64,000 bases of DNA from Chloroflexota bacterium (lineage in GTDB: Bacteria; Chloroflexota; Dehalococcoidia; Lucifugimonadales; Australimonadaceae): the NCBI GenBank assembly GCA_028874795.1, contig JAPPHT010000008.1, positions 149,181 to 213,180 on the forward strand, given 5' to 3'. The notes beneath the pieces are model-generated. The model was not told where the DNA came from. It made no database searches and saw only the letters and a list, made by a program, of their open reading frames with translations. The position numbers and the translations under genes are program-made. Of the stretch, positions 9,013-16,808 are shown piece after piece; position 1 is the stretch's first letter, and every line of letters begins with the position of its first letter.

Positions 9013-11841
9013 TCACTCCGCGTACGTCATCGAGGCCCAGGTTGGTCCTGTCTTGACGTCTATCCGCACCGGCACGCTCATCGCAAGCGCGTTGGGCATC
9101 ACCTGCTGCAGCATCGAGACGAGATCCTCTTCTTCGTCCGTCGGCAACTCGAACACGAGCTCGTCGTGCACCTGCAGCAGCATCCTGCTGCGGAAGCCGT
9201 CCTCTTCAAGGCGGCGCTGGATGACGACCATCGCCTCGTTGATCACGTCGGCAGACGTGCCCTGCACCGGCATGTTGAGCGCGATGCGCTCGCCCGCCTG
9301 CCGCACCGGGTAGTGCGGCGAGCGCAGCTCGGGTATGTAGCGCCGGCGCCCCAGGAGCGTCTCTGCGTAGCCGTCGGTTTTCGCTCGCTCGACCGTGTCG
9401 TCGAGGAACGATTTGACGGTTGGATATGTGCCGAAGTACGACTCGATGAACGCCGCCCCATCCTCGCGGGTGAGCTCCGTCTGCTGGGAGATGCCGAACG
9501 CGCTGAGACCGTAGGCGACACCGAAGTTCATCACCTTGGCGAGGCGGCGCATGTCCCGCGTCACCTCCCCGAGCGGCACGCCATAGATGAGAGATGCGGT
9601 TGAGGAATGGATGTCCTCCCCGCGCTCGAACGCCGCCATGAGCTCGGGGTCCTGGGAGAGGTGGGCCAGGACGCGCAGGTCTATCTGCGAGTAGTCGGCG
9701 CTGAGCAGCGTCCAGTCAGGGCGGTCCTGTGCTATGAAAGCTTCCCGCACGCGCAAGCCGAGCGGCGTGCGGATGGGGATGTTCTGCAGGTTGGGGTCGG
9801 CGCTGGCAAGCCTTCCCGTGGCGGAGCCCGCCTGGTTGTAGGTGGTGTGGATGCGCCCCGTGCGGGAGTTCACCTGCTGTGGCAGCGTGTCCACGTAGGT
9901 GGACTTCAGCTTGGTGAGCTCCCGGTACCGCAGGACGTGGCCGATAACGGGGTGATGGTCGCGCAGGTTCTCAAGGATCGAGGCGTCGGTCGAGTACCCG
10001 GTCTGTGTCCTGCGCCCGGACGGCAGCCTGAGCTCCTTGAAGAGCAGGTCGCCAAGTTGGGAGGGCGAGTTGATGTTGAACTCGTGCCCCACTGCCTCGT
10101 AGGCGGCGCGCTCCTCCACCTCGACCTCGCCCGCGATCTCCTCGTTCAGCTCCGCGAGCACACCGGTGTCGATGGCGATGCCGTGGGTCTGCATGCGCGC
10201 GAGCACCGGAACGAGCGGCATCGCGTGCTCATCGTGATAGGTCGTGAGCCCGTCGCGCTCCATGTCCTCAGAAAGGGCGCGCTGCAGTCCGAGCGTTACC
10301 GCGGCGGCTGTCGCTGCGTACTCGGCTGCATCCGCCACCGGCACGGCGTCGAACGTTATCTGCTTGCGGCCCGTGCCGGTCAGGTCGGTGAGCGCCTTCA
10401 GCTCGACGTTGAGCCGGTTGAAGGCCAGGGGCTTGAGCCCGAGCGCCTTCTCGCCCGTGAGGTGCGCCGCGATCATCGTGTCGAACGCGACGCTCACCTC
10501 AGTCGGCAGCAGGCCGTAGTTGAACAGCAACGTCAGGGTGAAGTTGAGGTTGTGGCCTGAGACCGGCTTGCTCCTCAGCACCGGCAGCAACGAGGCCAGG
10601 GCCCCTTCCGCGGAGAGCTGCTTCCCTTCCGTGTGACCTACCGGCAGGTAGAAGCCCTCGTTCTCCTCGACGGCGAACGCAAGGCCGACGAGCTCCGAGT
10701 CCATCGCCCGCGGCGCGGCGGCATGCCCCTCGACAACCAGCGTTGACGCGCCTTGCAGCTTTTCCACCAGGCCGTCGAGCCCAGCCTGCGTGTCCACGAG
10801 GGTAATCCTCGCGTCCGCCCCGAACATCGATTGTGGCTCGGCGGAGGAAGCGTCCGGTGTGGGCTGCTGCTCGCCGGGTGGCGATGGGATGCGAGCAACG
10901 AGGCTGCTGAATTCCAACTCGCGGAACACGTCCAGCACATCGTCCCGGGAGAACCCGCCGAACGCCGAAACATCGAAATCGAACCCCGTGGGGGCGGCGG
11001 TCTCGATGGTGACCAGACGCTTGCTCATGATCAGTTGGTCCGCGTGGTCGCGCACGAGCCCCTGGATACGAGGCGGCGTGACATCGTCCACGCGCTCGAC
11101 GAGCGCCTCGGCGCTGCCGAATTCGCTGATGAGCTTCACCGCTGTCTTCTGGCCGATACCGGGAACGCCGGGAACGTTGTCGGACGTATCCCCGGTGAGC
11201 GCCTTCACGTCGCGCTGCTGTCCGGGCTCGAGCCCGCCGTAGCGCTCGCGGACCGCATCGACGTCGTATATCCGGGTGTCGCCGAAGCCGGTGGTGAGCA
11301 GGACGCGAACGTGCGGCGAGACGAGTTGGAGCGTGTCGGTGTCGCCGGTGGCGATGAGGGTGTCCACCTCGTGCTCGGTGCTCCACGCGGCGATGGTGCC
11401 GAGCACGTCGTCGGCCTCGTAGCCGGGGGATTCGAGGACCGGGACGCGAAAGGCGTTCATCACCTGTTTGACCCGCTCGACGTTGCGCGTGAGCTCGGGC
11501 GGGATCGGGGGGCGCGTGGCCTTGTACTCCTCGAACAGGTCGTCGCGGAAGGTCCGGTCAGGCGTATCGAAGGCGATGGCGATGTGCGTGGGCCTGTGGT
11601 CCGCGAGCGTCTTGAAGAACGTGGTGGTGAAGGAGTAGACGCCGCGGACGTCCTCGCCCGTCTCGCGGATGGTCAGGGGCTGGGCCTGCCGCAGCGCGAA
11701 CCACGCGCGAAATACCATCGCGTGGCCGTCCATCAACAGCAGCAGCGGCTTGTCGCGTTGCGGGAGGGCCGCGGTTTCCGGCGCGGGCCCGCCGAACAAG
11801 GAGGGATGGTCGGCTCGGGAAGACCTGCGGACCACGGTCAT
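9013..11841 (-). CDS. polA: DNA polymerase I (5'-3' exonuclease, 3'-5' exo-like and polymerase domains)
   Basis: ORF 9013..12381 trimmed to the ATG at 11841 (ATGA overlap with the upstream gene). Motifs LLLMDGHAMVFRAWFAL, GDTSDNVPGVPGIGQKTA, DYSQIDLRVLAH, KVMNFGVAYG, LQVHDELVFE. Confidence 0.95.
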   Translation of the reverse strand: MTVVRRSSRADHPSLFGGPAPETAALPQRDKPLLLLMDGHAMVFRAWFALRQAQPLTIRETGEDVRGVYSFTTTFFKTLADHRPTHIAIAFDTPDRTFRDDLFEEYKATRPPIPPELTRNVERVKQVMNAFRVPVLESPGYEADDVLGTIAAWSTEHEVDTLIATGDTDTLQLVSPHVRVLLTTGFGDTRIYDVDAVRERYGGLEPGQQRDVKALTGDTSDNVPGVPGIGQKTAVKLISEFGSAEALVERVDDVTPPRIQGLVRDHADQLIMSKRLVTIETAAPTGFDFDVSAFGGFSRDDVLDVFRELEFSSLVARIPSPPGEQQPTPDASSAEPQSMFGADARITLVDTQAGLDGLVEKLQGASTLVVEGHAAAPRAMDSELVGLAFAVEENEGFYLPVGHTEGKQLSAEGALASLLPVLRSKPVSGHNLNFTLTLLFNYGLLPTEVSVAFDTMIAAHLTGEKALGLKPLAFNRLNVELKALTDLTGTGRKQITFDAVPVADAAEYAATAAAVTLGLQRALSEDMERDGLTTYHDEHAMPLVPVLARMQTHGIAIDTGVLAELNEEIAGEVEVEERAAYEAVGHEFNINSPSQLGDLLFKELRLPSGRRTQTGYSTDASILENLRDHHPVIGHVLRYRELTKLKSTYVDTLPQQVNSRTGRIHTTYNQAGSATGRLASADPNLQNIPIRTPLGLRVREAFIAQDRPDWTLLSADYSQIDLRVLAHLSQDPELMAAFERGEDIHSSTASLIYGVPLGEVTRDMRRLAKVMNFGVAYGLSAFGISQQTELTREDGAAFIESYFGTYPTVKSFLDDTVERAKTDGYAETLLGRRRYIPELRSPHYPVRQAGERIALNMPVQGTSADVINEAMVVIQRRLEEDGFRSRMLLQVHDELVFELPTDEEEDLVSMLQQVMPNALAMSVPVRIDVKTGPTWASMTYAE

Positions 11842-12191
11842 ACGCCCCGCAGGGGTCTGAAGAAGCTGTGCAGGAAGTTGCGCTGGTGGGCCCAGCGGTG
11901 GGTGCGGCGCACGGCCTCGTCGGAGAGCACGCCGGTAGCCGTGGTCACCTTGATCGCCTTGTAGCCCTTCGCCGGGAGCAGCGGAGCGTCGTCCGACACG
12001 CTGACGGAGTAGCCCTGTTCCCTGAGCCAGTCCCTCAGCGCCTCGAACCCCTTCGCTCTCCGGTTCGGGGTGACGTACACATAGAAGTCCTTGGAGCCGG
12101 CGACCTCGTGGAAATGCTCGTCGGCTACCTCCACACCCTTGCCGGAGCCCTCCCGGAGCTTGGCGCGATTCATGCCCTGCCTGTAGACCAT
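11838..12191 (-). CDS. Hypothetical protein (117 aa), translationally coupled to polA
   Basis: GC3-rich ORF whose stop overlaps the polA start (ATGA). Its ATG lies 6 nt downstream of a TGCTAGAAT box. No family recognised. Confidence 0.55.
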   Translation of the reverse strand: MVYRQGMNRAKLREGSGKGVEVADEHFHEVAGSKDFYVYVTPNRRAKGFEALRDWLREQGYSVSVSDDAPLLPAKGYKAIKVTTATGVLSDEAVRRTHRWAHQRNFLHSFFRPLRGV

Positions 12192-12197
12192 GCGCGG

Positions 12198-12206
12198 ATT
12201 CTAGCA
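12198..12206 (-). promoter_or_regulatory. Extended -10 element TGCTAGAAT, 6 nt from the ATG at 12191 (leaderless candidate)
   Basis: Reverse complement of 12191-12206 reads TGCTAGAAT-ccgcgc-ATG. Confidence 0.45.
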
Positions 12207-12410
12207 GGCTGCAGGGTGCAACACCGCAGCGACGACCGGCGGTCCGGCACAGCCGCTTGACGCACGCACCCACGGCTGAACTTGCTTTGGGCGATTGACA
12301 GCGCAACCGTACTGCAGATAACGTTACGTGTTGGCTATCTCGATTACCGTGGGCGCAGGCCATGCAGCCCTCAAACGACATGGCGTCAGGGATACAGGGA
12401 GGTTTCTCGC

Positions 12411-13706
12411 ATGTTGAAGCTGTTCAGGAAGATAGGAGCCATCGGGGCGGCAAGCCTCATGCTCGCCGTTGTACTCGCCGCCTGCGGGGGCGAAGACCCG
12501 ACGGCCACCCCGCGTCCAGCGGCGATGCCCACCCCGGCCGACACGATGATGGAAGAGCCGGATGCGCCAACCCCCACCCCCGCCGACACGATGATGGAAG
12601 CCACAGCCGAGCCGGCGCCCGACACAGGCGGCGACACCGGCCCTGCTCCTACCCCGACGCCGGTCCCCCGACCCACCGCGACGCCGTTGCCCGTTGACCC
12701 CGGGTTCGACGCCGAGTCCTACTTCAGGGGCCGGACGATCCGCATCATGGTGGGCTTCAACCCTGGCGGCGGCACCGACGCACAGGCCCGCTTCATGTCC
12801 CGCGCATGGTCCGACTACATCCCGGGCAACCCGCGCCTCGTCGTCACCAACATGACCCCGGTCATCACCCAGCGGAACTTCGTCTGGAACTCGGAAGCGG
12901 ACGGCTACACGATCGCCGTCGAAGCGACACCCGGCATCTTCGACCAGGTGACGCCGCAGGCCCAGTTCGACCTCCGTGAGGTCTCCATGATCGGCGTGAC
13001 CTCCGGTAAGGACGCCTTCTGGGTGACCCACCACTCCACCCCGTACGAGTGCCTGGAGACCGCCATCAACGGCCCGGTAACGCTGACCATCGGCACCAGC
13101 GTCCCCACTCCCGCCGACCTAGGCTCCACAGTCATGATTCCGTACATGGCAGACCAGTTCAACATCCCCTTGGAGATCAAGAACGTGGCGGCAGCCGGCT
13201 CCGCTGAGCAGTACCTGATGCTGGAACGCGGTGACGTGAACTCCTGGACCTCCTCCACGGTCTGGTACCAGTTGCCGGTCACCCGCCCCGGCTGGACGAG
13301 GGACCGCTTCATCAAGCCGTTCGTCGACATGTCATTCCCGGGATACATCCTCGGTCCCAACGCGGAAGGCCCGTTCGACTGCCCCAACGTGAACGACCTT
13401 CTGCCGGACGACCAGAAGCCCGTCTGGCTTGCGATGAACGCGCCTCGCACGTACGCGTCCAAGAACATCATCGGCCCGCCGGGCATCCCCGCCGGTCCCC
13501 TCACCGCACTGCGTGACGCGCTCGCCGACGCCATGGCCGACGCTGCCTTCGCGGCAGGCATGGAGAAGTTCACGGGCATCCCCAACAACTTCACCCACGG
13601 CGAAGTGGCCCAGCAGGAACTGTACGACGCGACCCAGCAGTTCCTGGACAACCAGGGGCTCATCGGTGAGATCCAGGAGGCCATGTACGCGAAGTACGTG
13701 AGGTAG
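12411..13706 (+). CDS. Lipoprotein, Bug/TctC-like TTT substrate-binding protein (paralog 1)
   Basis: ATG at 12411 after AGGGAGG. Signal peptide with lipobox (LAAC). Pro/Thr/Met linker. Core IRIMVGFNPGGGTDAQARFMSR…VVTNMTP…ADGYTIAV resembles the TctC pattern (GGxTDxxAR … NxxG … DGYT). Confidence 0.6.
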   Translation: MLKLFRKIGAIGAASLMLAVVLAACGGEDPTATPRPAAMPTPADTMMEEPDAPTPTPADTMMEATAEPAPDTGGDTGPAPTPTPVPRPTATPLPVDPGFDAESYFRGRTIRIMVGFNPGGGTDAQARFMSRAWSDYIPGNPRLVVTNMTPVITQRNFVWNSEADGYTIAVEATPGIFDQVTPQAQFDLREVSMIGVTSGKDAFWVTHHSTPYECLETAINGPVTLTIGTSVPTPADLGSTVMIPYMADQFNIPLEIKNVAAAGSAEQYLMLERGDVNSWTSSTVWYQLPVTRPGWTRDRFIKPFVDMSFPGYILGPNAEGPFDCPNVNDLLPDDQKPVWLAMNAPRTYASKNIIGPPGIPAGPLTALRDALADAMADAAFAAGMEKFTGIPNNFTHGEVAQQELYDATQQFLDNQGLIGEIQEAMYAKYVR

Positions 13707-13742
13707 AAAGCGGAGAGCGCCCCGGAATCATCACGGCACTTC

Positions 13743-13776
13743 AGAACAGTCCCGCCGAGCTCGGCGGGACTGTTCT
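13743..13776 (+). terminator. Perfect 34-nt palindrome (hairpin) downstream of TctC-like paralog 1
   Basis: AGAACAGTCCCGCCGAGCTCGGCGGGACTGTTCT. No U-tract follows, so it may be a stabiliser or terminator. Confidence 0.4.
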
Positions 13777-13808
13777 CGTATCGGCTCAGCGCGCCCTCGT
13801 GACGACGT

Positions 13809-13837
13809 TTGACAACGCTTTCGAGGCTGGATAGGAT
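13809..13837 (+). promoter_or_regulatory. Sigma70-like promoter (TTGACA, 17-nt spacer, TAGGAT) for TctC-like paralog 2
   Basis: TTGACA at 13809-13814, exact 17-nt spacer, TAGGAT at 13832-13837. Confidence 0.5.
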
Positions 13838-13922
13838 TCCGCGGCTAGCCTTGTGAGAGCCATCCATGCCCACGAGGCTTTCTTGTATGTATAGGCATCA
13901 GCAGCCGGAAAGGAAGGTTACG

Positions 13923-15221
13923 GTGAAGACCCTGAAGACGCACGGAGCATTGGGAGCGCTTGGCCTCCTGCTCGCACTCATCCTCGCCGCGTGCGGCGGG
14001 GAAGAACCGACCCCAACCCCACGTCCAGCTGCGACGCCTACGCCCGCCGACACGACGATGCAGGACACCGCCGAGCCAACGCCCACTCCCGCAGAAGCGA
14101 TGATGGAAGACGAGCCCACGGCGGAGCCTGAGACCGGCGGAGACGCCGGCCCCGCGCCGACCCCCACGCCCGTGCCCGCGGCAACGCCTACACCGGTCCC
14201 CCCTGACCCCAGCTTCGATGCGGAGGGCTACTTCAGCGGCAAGACGCTCCGCATGATGGTCGGCTTCAACCCCGGCGGCGGTACCGACGCACAGGCTCGC
14301 TACATGTCACGCGAATGGCCCCAGTTCATCCCCGGCAACCCCCGCATCATCGTCACCAACATGACCCCCGTCGTCACGGAGCGCAACTTCGTCTGGAACT
14401 CCAAGCCGGACGGACTGACGCTTGCTATCGAGGCGTCGCCGGGCATCTTCGACCAGTTCACCCCGCAGGCTCAGTTCGACATGCGGGAGTCCACCATGAT
14501 CGGCATCACCTCCGGCAAGGAGGGCCTCTGGGTCATCCGCGGGACCATGCCCTACGACTGCTTCGAGTCCGCATGGAACTCGCCCGGCCCCACTCTGACG
14601 ATCGCAACCTCGGTTCCGACGCCCGCCGACCTGGGATCTGACGTCGTCATCGGCTGGCTGGCAGACCTGTTCAACGTGCCCGTGGAGATCAGGAACCTTG
14701 CGGCTGCCGGCTCTGCCGAGCAGTACCTCTACATCGAACGCGGTGACACCAACTCCTGGGTCTCCGGCACGCTCTGGGACCAGTTCCCCAGGACGCGCCC
14801 CAGCTGGTTGCCAACCAAGTTCGTACGCCCGTTCGCCGACCTCTCCGTGCCCGGGTTCGACCTCGGCCACAACGGCCAGATCGACTTCCACTGCCCGAAC
14901 GTCGCCGACGCCCACCTCGATGCCGAACAGACGTCCATCTACAACGCCATGCGCGGCCCCCAGATCTACGCCGCCAAGAACATCATCGGCCCGCCAGGCA
15001 TTCCGACCGACGTCACTGCCGCGCTGCGGAAGGCGCTGGCCGACGCGATGGCAGATGAGGCGTTCGCTTCCGGAATGCAGCGGTTCACCGGCATCAAGAA
15101 CACGTTTACCCACGGTGACCAGGCTGACATCGAGCTCGACCAGACCGTCGAAGACTTCATCGCCAACAAGGATGTCATCGACGAGATTACGCTGGAAGTC
15201 TTCAACAAGTACGTGCGCTAG
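13923..15221 (+). CDS. Lipoprotein, Bug/TctC-like TTT substrate-binding protein (paralog 2)
   Basis: GTG at 13923 after AAGGAAGG (an upstream ATG at 13866 is an alternative start). Lipobox LAAC. Pro/Thr-rich linker. Same core as paralog 1. Confidence 0.6.
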   Translation: MKTLKTHGALGALGLLLALILAACGGEEPTPTPRPAATPTPADTTMQDTAEPTPTPAEAMMEDEPTAEPETGGDAGPAPTPTPVPAATPTPVPPDPSFDAEGYFSGKTLRMMVGFNPGGGTDAQARYMSREWPQFIPGNPRIIVTNMTPVVTERNFVWNSKPDGLTLAIEASPGIFDQFTPQAQFDMRESTMIGITSGKEGLWVIRGTMPYDCFESAWNSPGPTLTIATSVPTPADLGSDVVIGWLADLFNVPVEIRNLAAAGSAEQYLYIERGDTNSWVSGTLWDQFPRTRPSWLPTKFVRPFADLSVPGFDLGHNGQIDFHCPNVADAHLDAEQTSIYNAMRGPQIYAAKNIIGPPGIPTDVTAALRKALADAMADEAFASGMQRFTGIKNTFTHGDQADIELDQTVEDFIANKDVIDEITLEVFNKYVR

Positions 15222-15230
15222 AGGAAGACA

Positions 15231-15260
15231 GAGGCTGGCGGCAGTCCTGCCGCCAGCCTC
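15231..15260 (+). terminator. GC-rich hairpin downstream of paralog 2
   Basis: GAGGCTGGCGGCAG-tc-CTGCCGCCAGCCTC. A related hairpin follows paralog 3. Confidence 0.4.
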
Positions 15261-15386
15261 ACTTCGTTGGGTTAGAATGCCGCAGTCCAAGCCCCGATGG
15301 GCGAGGCGCCGTCGGGGGCTCGGTGAGGACTAGTGCGGCGCGAGGTTGCGCCATACAAGCAGCGAAGGCTGCCAGGGGAGGTTACC

Positions 15387-16667
15387 GTGAAGACGTTGAA
15401 GACGTACGGAGCATTGGGAGCGCTCAGCCTCGTGCTAGCCCTCGTCCTCGCCGCATGCGGCGGGGAAGCAGAAGAGCCCACCCCAACGCCAAGGACTGAA
15501 ACGGCGGCCCCCACGGCGACGCCTACCACGGCGCCCGCCATGGCAGCGGAGCCCACCGCTACGCCTACGCCGCTGCCTCCTGGCGCCACTCCGCCTCCCG
15601 CGCCCACCGCTACACCCGTGCCCGCGGCAACGCCTACACCGGTCCCACCAGACCCCGGCTTCGATGCGGAGGGCTACTTCAGCGGCAAGACGCTCCGCAT
15701 GATGGTCGGCTTCAACCCCGGCGGCGGTACCGACGCACAGGCTCGCTACATGTCACGCGAATGGCCCCAGTTCATCCCCGGCAACCCCCGCATCATCGTC
15801 ACCAACATGACCCCCGTCGTCACGGAGCGCAACTTCGTCTGGAACTCCAAGCCGGACGGACTGACGCTTGCTATCGAGGCGTCGCCGGGCATCTTCGACC
15901 AGTTCACCCCGCAGGCTCAGTTCGACATGCGGGAGTCCACCATGATCGGCATCACCTCCGGCAAAGAAGGCCTCTGGGTGATCCGGGGCACCTTGCCTTA
16001 CGACTGTTTCGAGTCCGCGTGGAACTCGCCCGGCCCCACTCTGACGGTCGCCACGTCGGCGCCCACGCCCGCCGACCTCGGGTCCTACGTCGCCATCGCC
16101 TGGCTGTCGGACCTGTTCAACGTGCCGCTGGAGATCAGGAACCTTGCGGCTGCCGGCTCCGCCGAGCAGTACCTCTACATCGAACGCGGCGACACCAACT
16201 CCTGGACATCCGGCACGCTATGGGACCAGTTCCCCCGGACACGCCCCAACTGGCTGCCCACCAAGTTCATCCGCCCGTTCGCCGACCTCTCCGTGCCCGG
16301 GTTCGACCTCGGCCACAACGGCCAGGTCGACTACCACTGCCCGAACGTCGCCGACGCGCACCTCGACGACGCACAGACCTCCATCTACAACGCCATGCGC
16401 GGCCCGCAGATCTACGCCGCCAAGAACATCATCGGCCCGCCAGGCATTCCGGCCGACGTCACCGCCGTGCTGCGGCAGGCGCTGGCCGACGCGATGGCGA
16501 ACGAGGAGTTCGCTTCCGGCATGCAGCGGTTCACCGGCATCAAGAACAACTTCACGCACGGTGACCAGGCGGACATCGAGCTCGACCAGACCGTCGAAGA
16601 CTTCCTCGCCAACAAGGACCTCATCGACGAGATCACGCTGGCAACGTTCGAGAAGTACGTGCGCTAG
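15387..16667 (+). CDS. Lipoprotein, Bug/TctC-like TTT substrate-binding protein (paralog 3)
   Basis: GTG at 15387 (VKTLKTYGALGALSLVLALVLAAC). Mature domain is about 93% identical to paralog 2 by eye, and the linker is different. Confidence 0.6.
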   Translation: MKTLKTYGALGALSLVLALVLAACGGEAEEPTPTPRTETAAPTATPTTAPAMAAEPTATPTPLPPGATPPPAPTATPVPAATPTPVPPDPGFDAEGYFSGKTLRMMVGFNPGGGTDAQARYMSREWPQFIPGNPRIIVTNMTPVVTERNFVWNSKPDGLTLAIEASPGIFDQFTPQAQFDMRESTMIGITSGKEGLWVIRGTLPYDCFESAWNSPGPTLTVATSAPTPADLGSYVAIAWLSDLFNVPLEIRNLAAAGSAEQYLYIERGDTNSWTSGTLWDQFPRTRPNWLPTKFIRPFADLSVPGFDLGHNGQVDYHCPNVADAHLDDAQTSIYNAMRGPQIYAAKNIIGPPGIPADVTAVLRQALADAMANEEFASGMQRFTGIKNNFTHGDQADIELDQTVEDFLANKDLIDEITLATFEKYVR

Positions 16668-16679
16668 GGAGACTGAACG

Positions 16680-16710
16680 GAGGCTGGCGTCAGGACTTGC
16701 CGCCAGCCTC
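16680..16710 (+). terminator. GC-rich hairpin downstream of paralog 3
   Basis: GAGGCTGGCG…CGCCAGCCTC, followed by the same CTTCGTTGG(G)GTAGAATGCCGC context as after paralog 2. Confidence 0.35.
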
Positions 16711-16808
16711 TCTTCGTTGGGGTAGAATGCCGCCGCTCGGCCCGTCGTCGGGCTTGCGAACAAGGACAGACTTGCGCCTGGGGCGCGAGCCGCAAGAGGT
16801 GACACGCA

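Noticed and set aside
11842-12381. N-terminal extensions of ORF-track entries, such as polA as 1122 aa, aroA as 490 aa, pth as 372 aa, the protease as 781 aa and the LLM oxidoreductase as 431 aa.
   Set aside because: The extensions are Arg-rich and non-homologous, and they overlap upstream genes or repeat blocks. Internal starts coincide with conserved N-termini, Shine-Dalgarno sequences or ATGA/GTGA coupling overlaps.
13838-13922. Possible riboswitch or leader structures in the 5' UTRs of the TctC-like genes (also 15279-15386 and 16729-16808).
   Set aside because: Only short imperfect hairpins are present, with no similarity to any riboswitch class I can recognise by eye. An Rfam scan would be required to make any claim.
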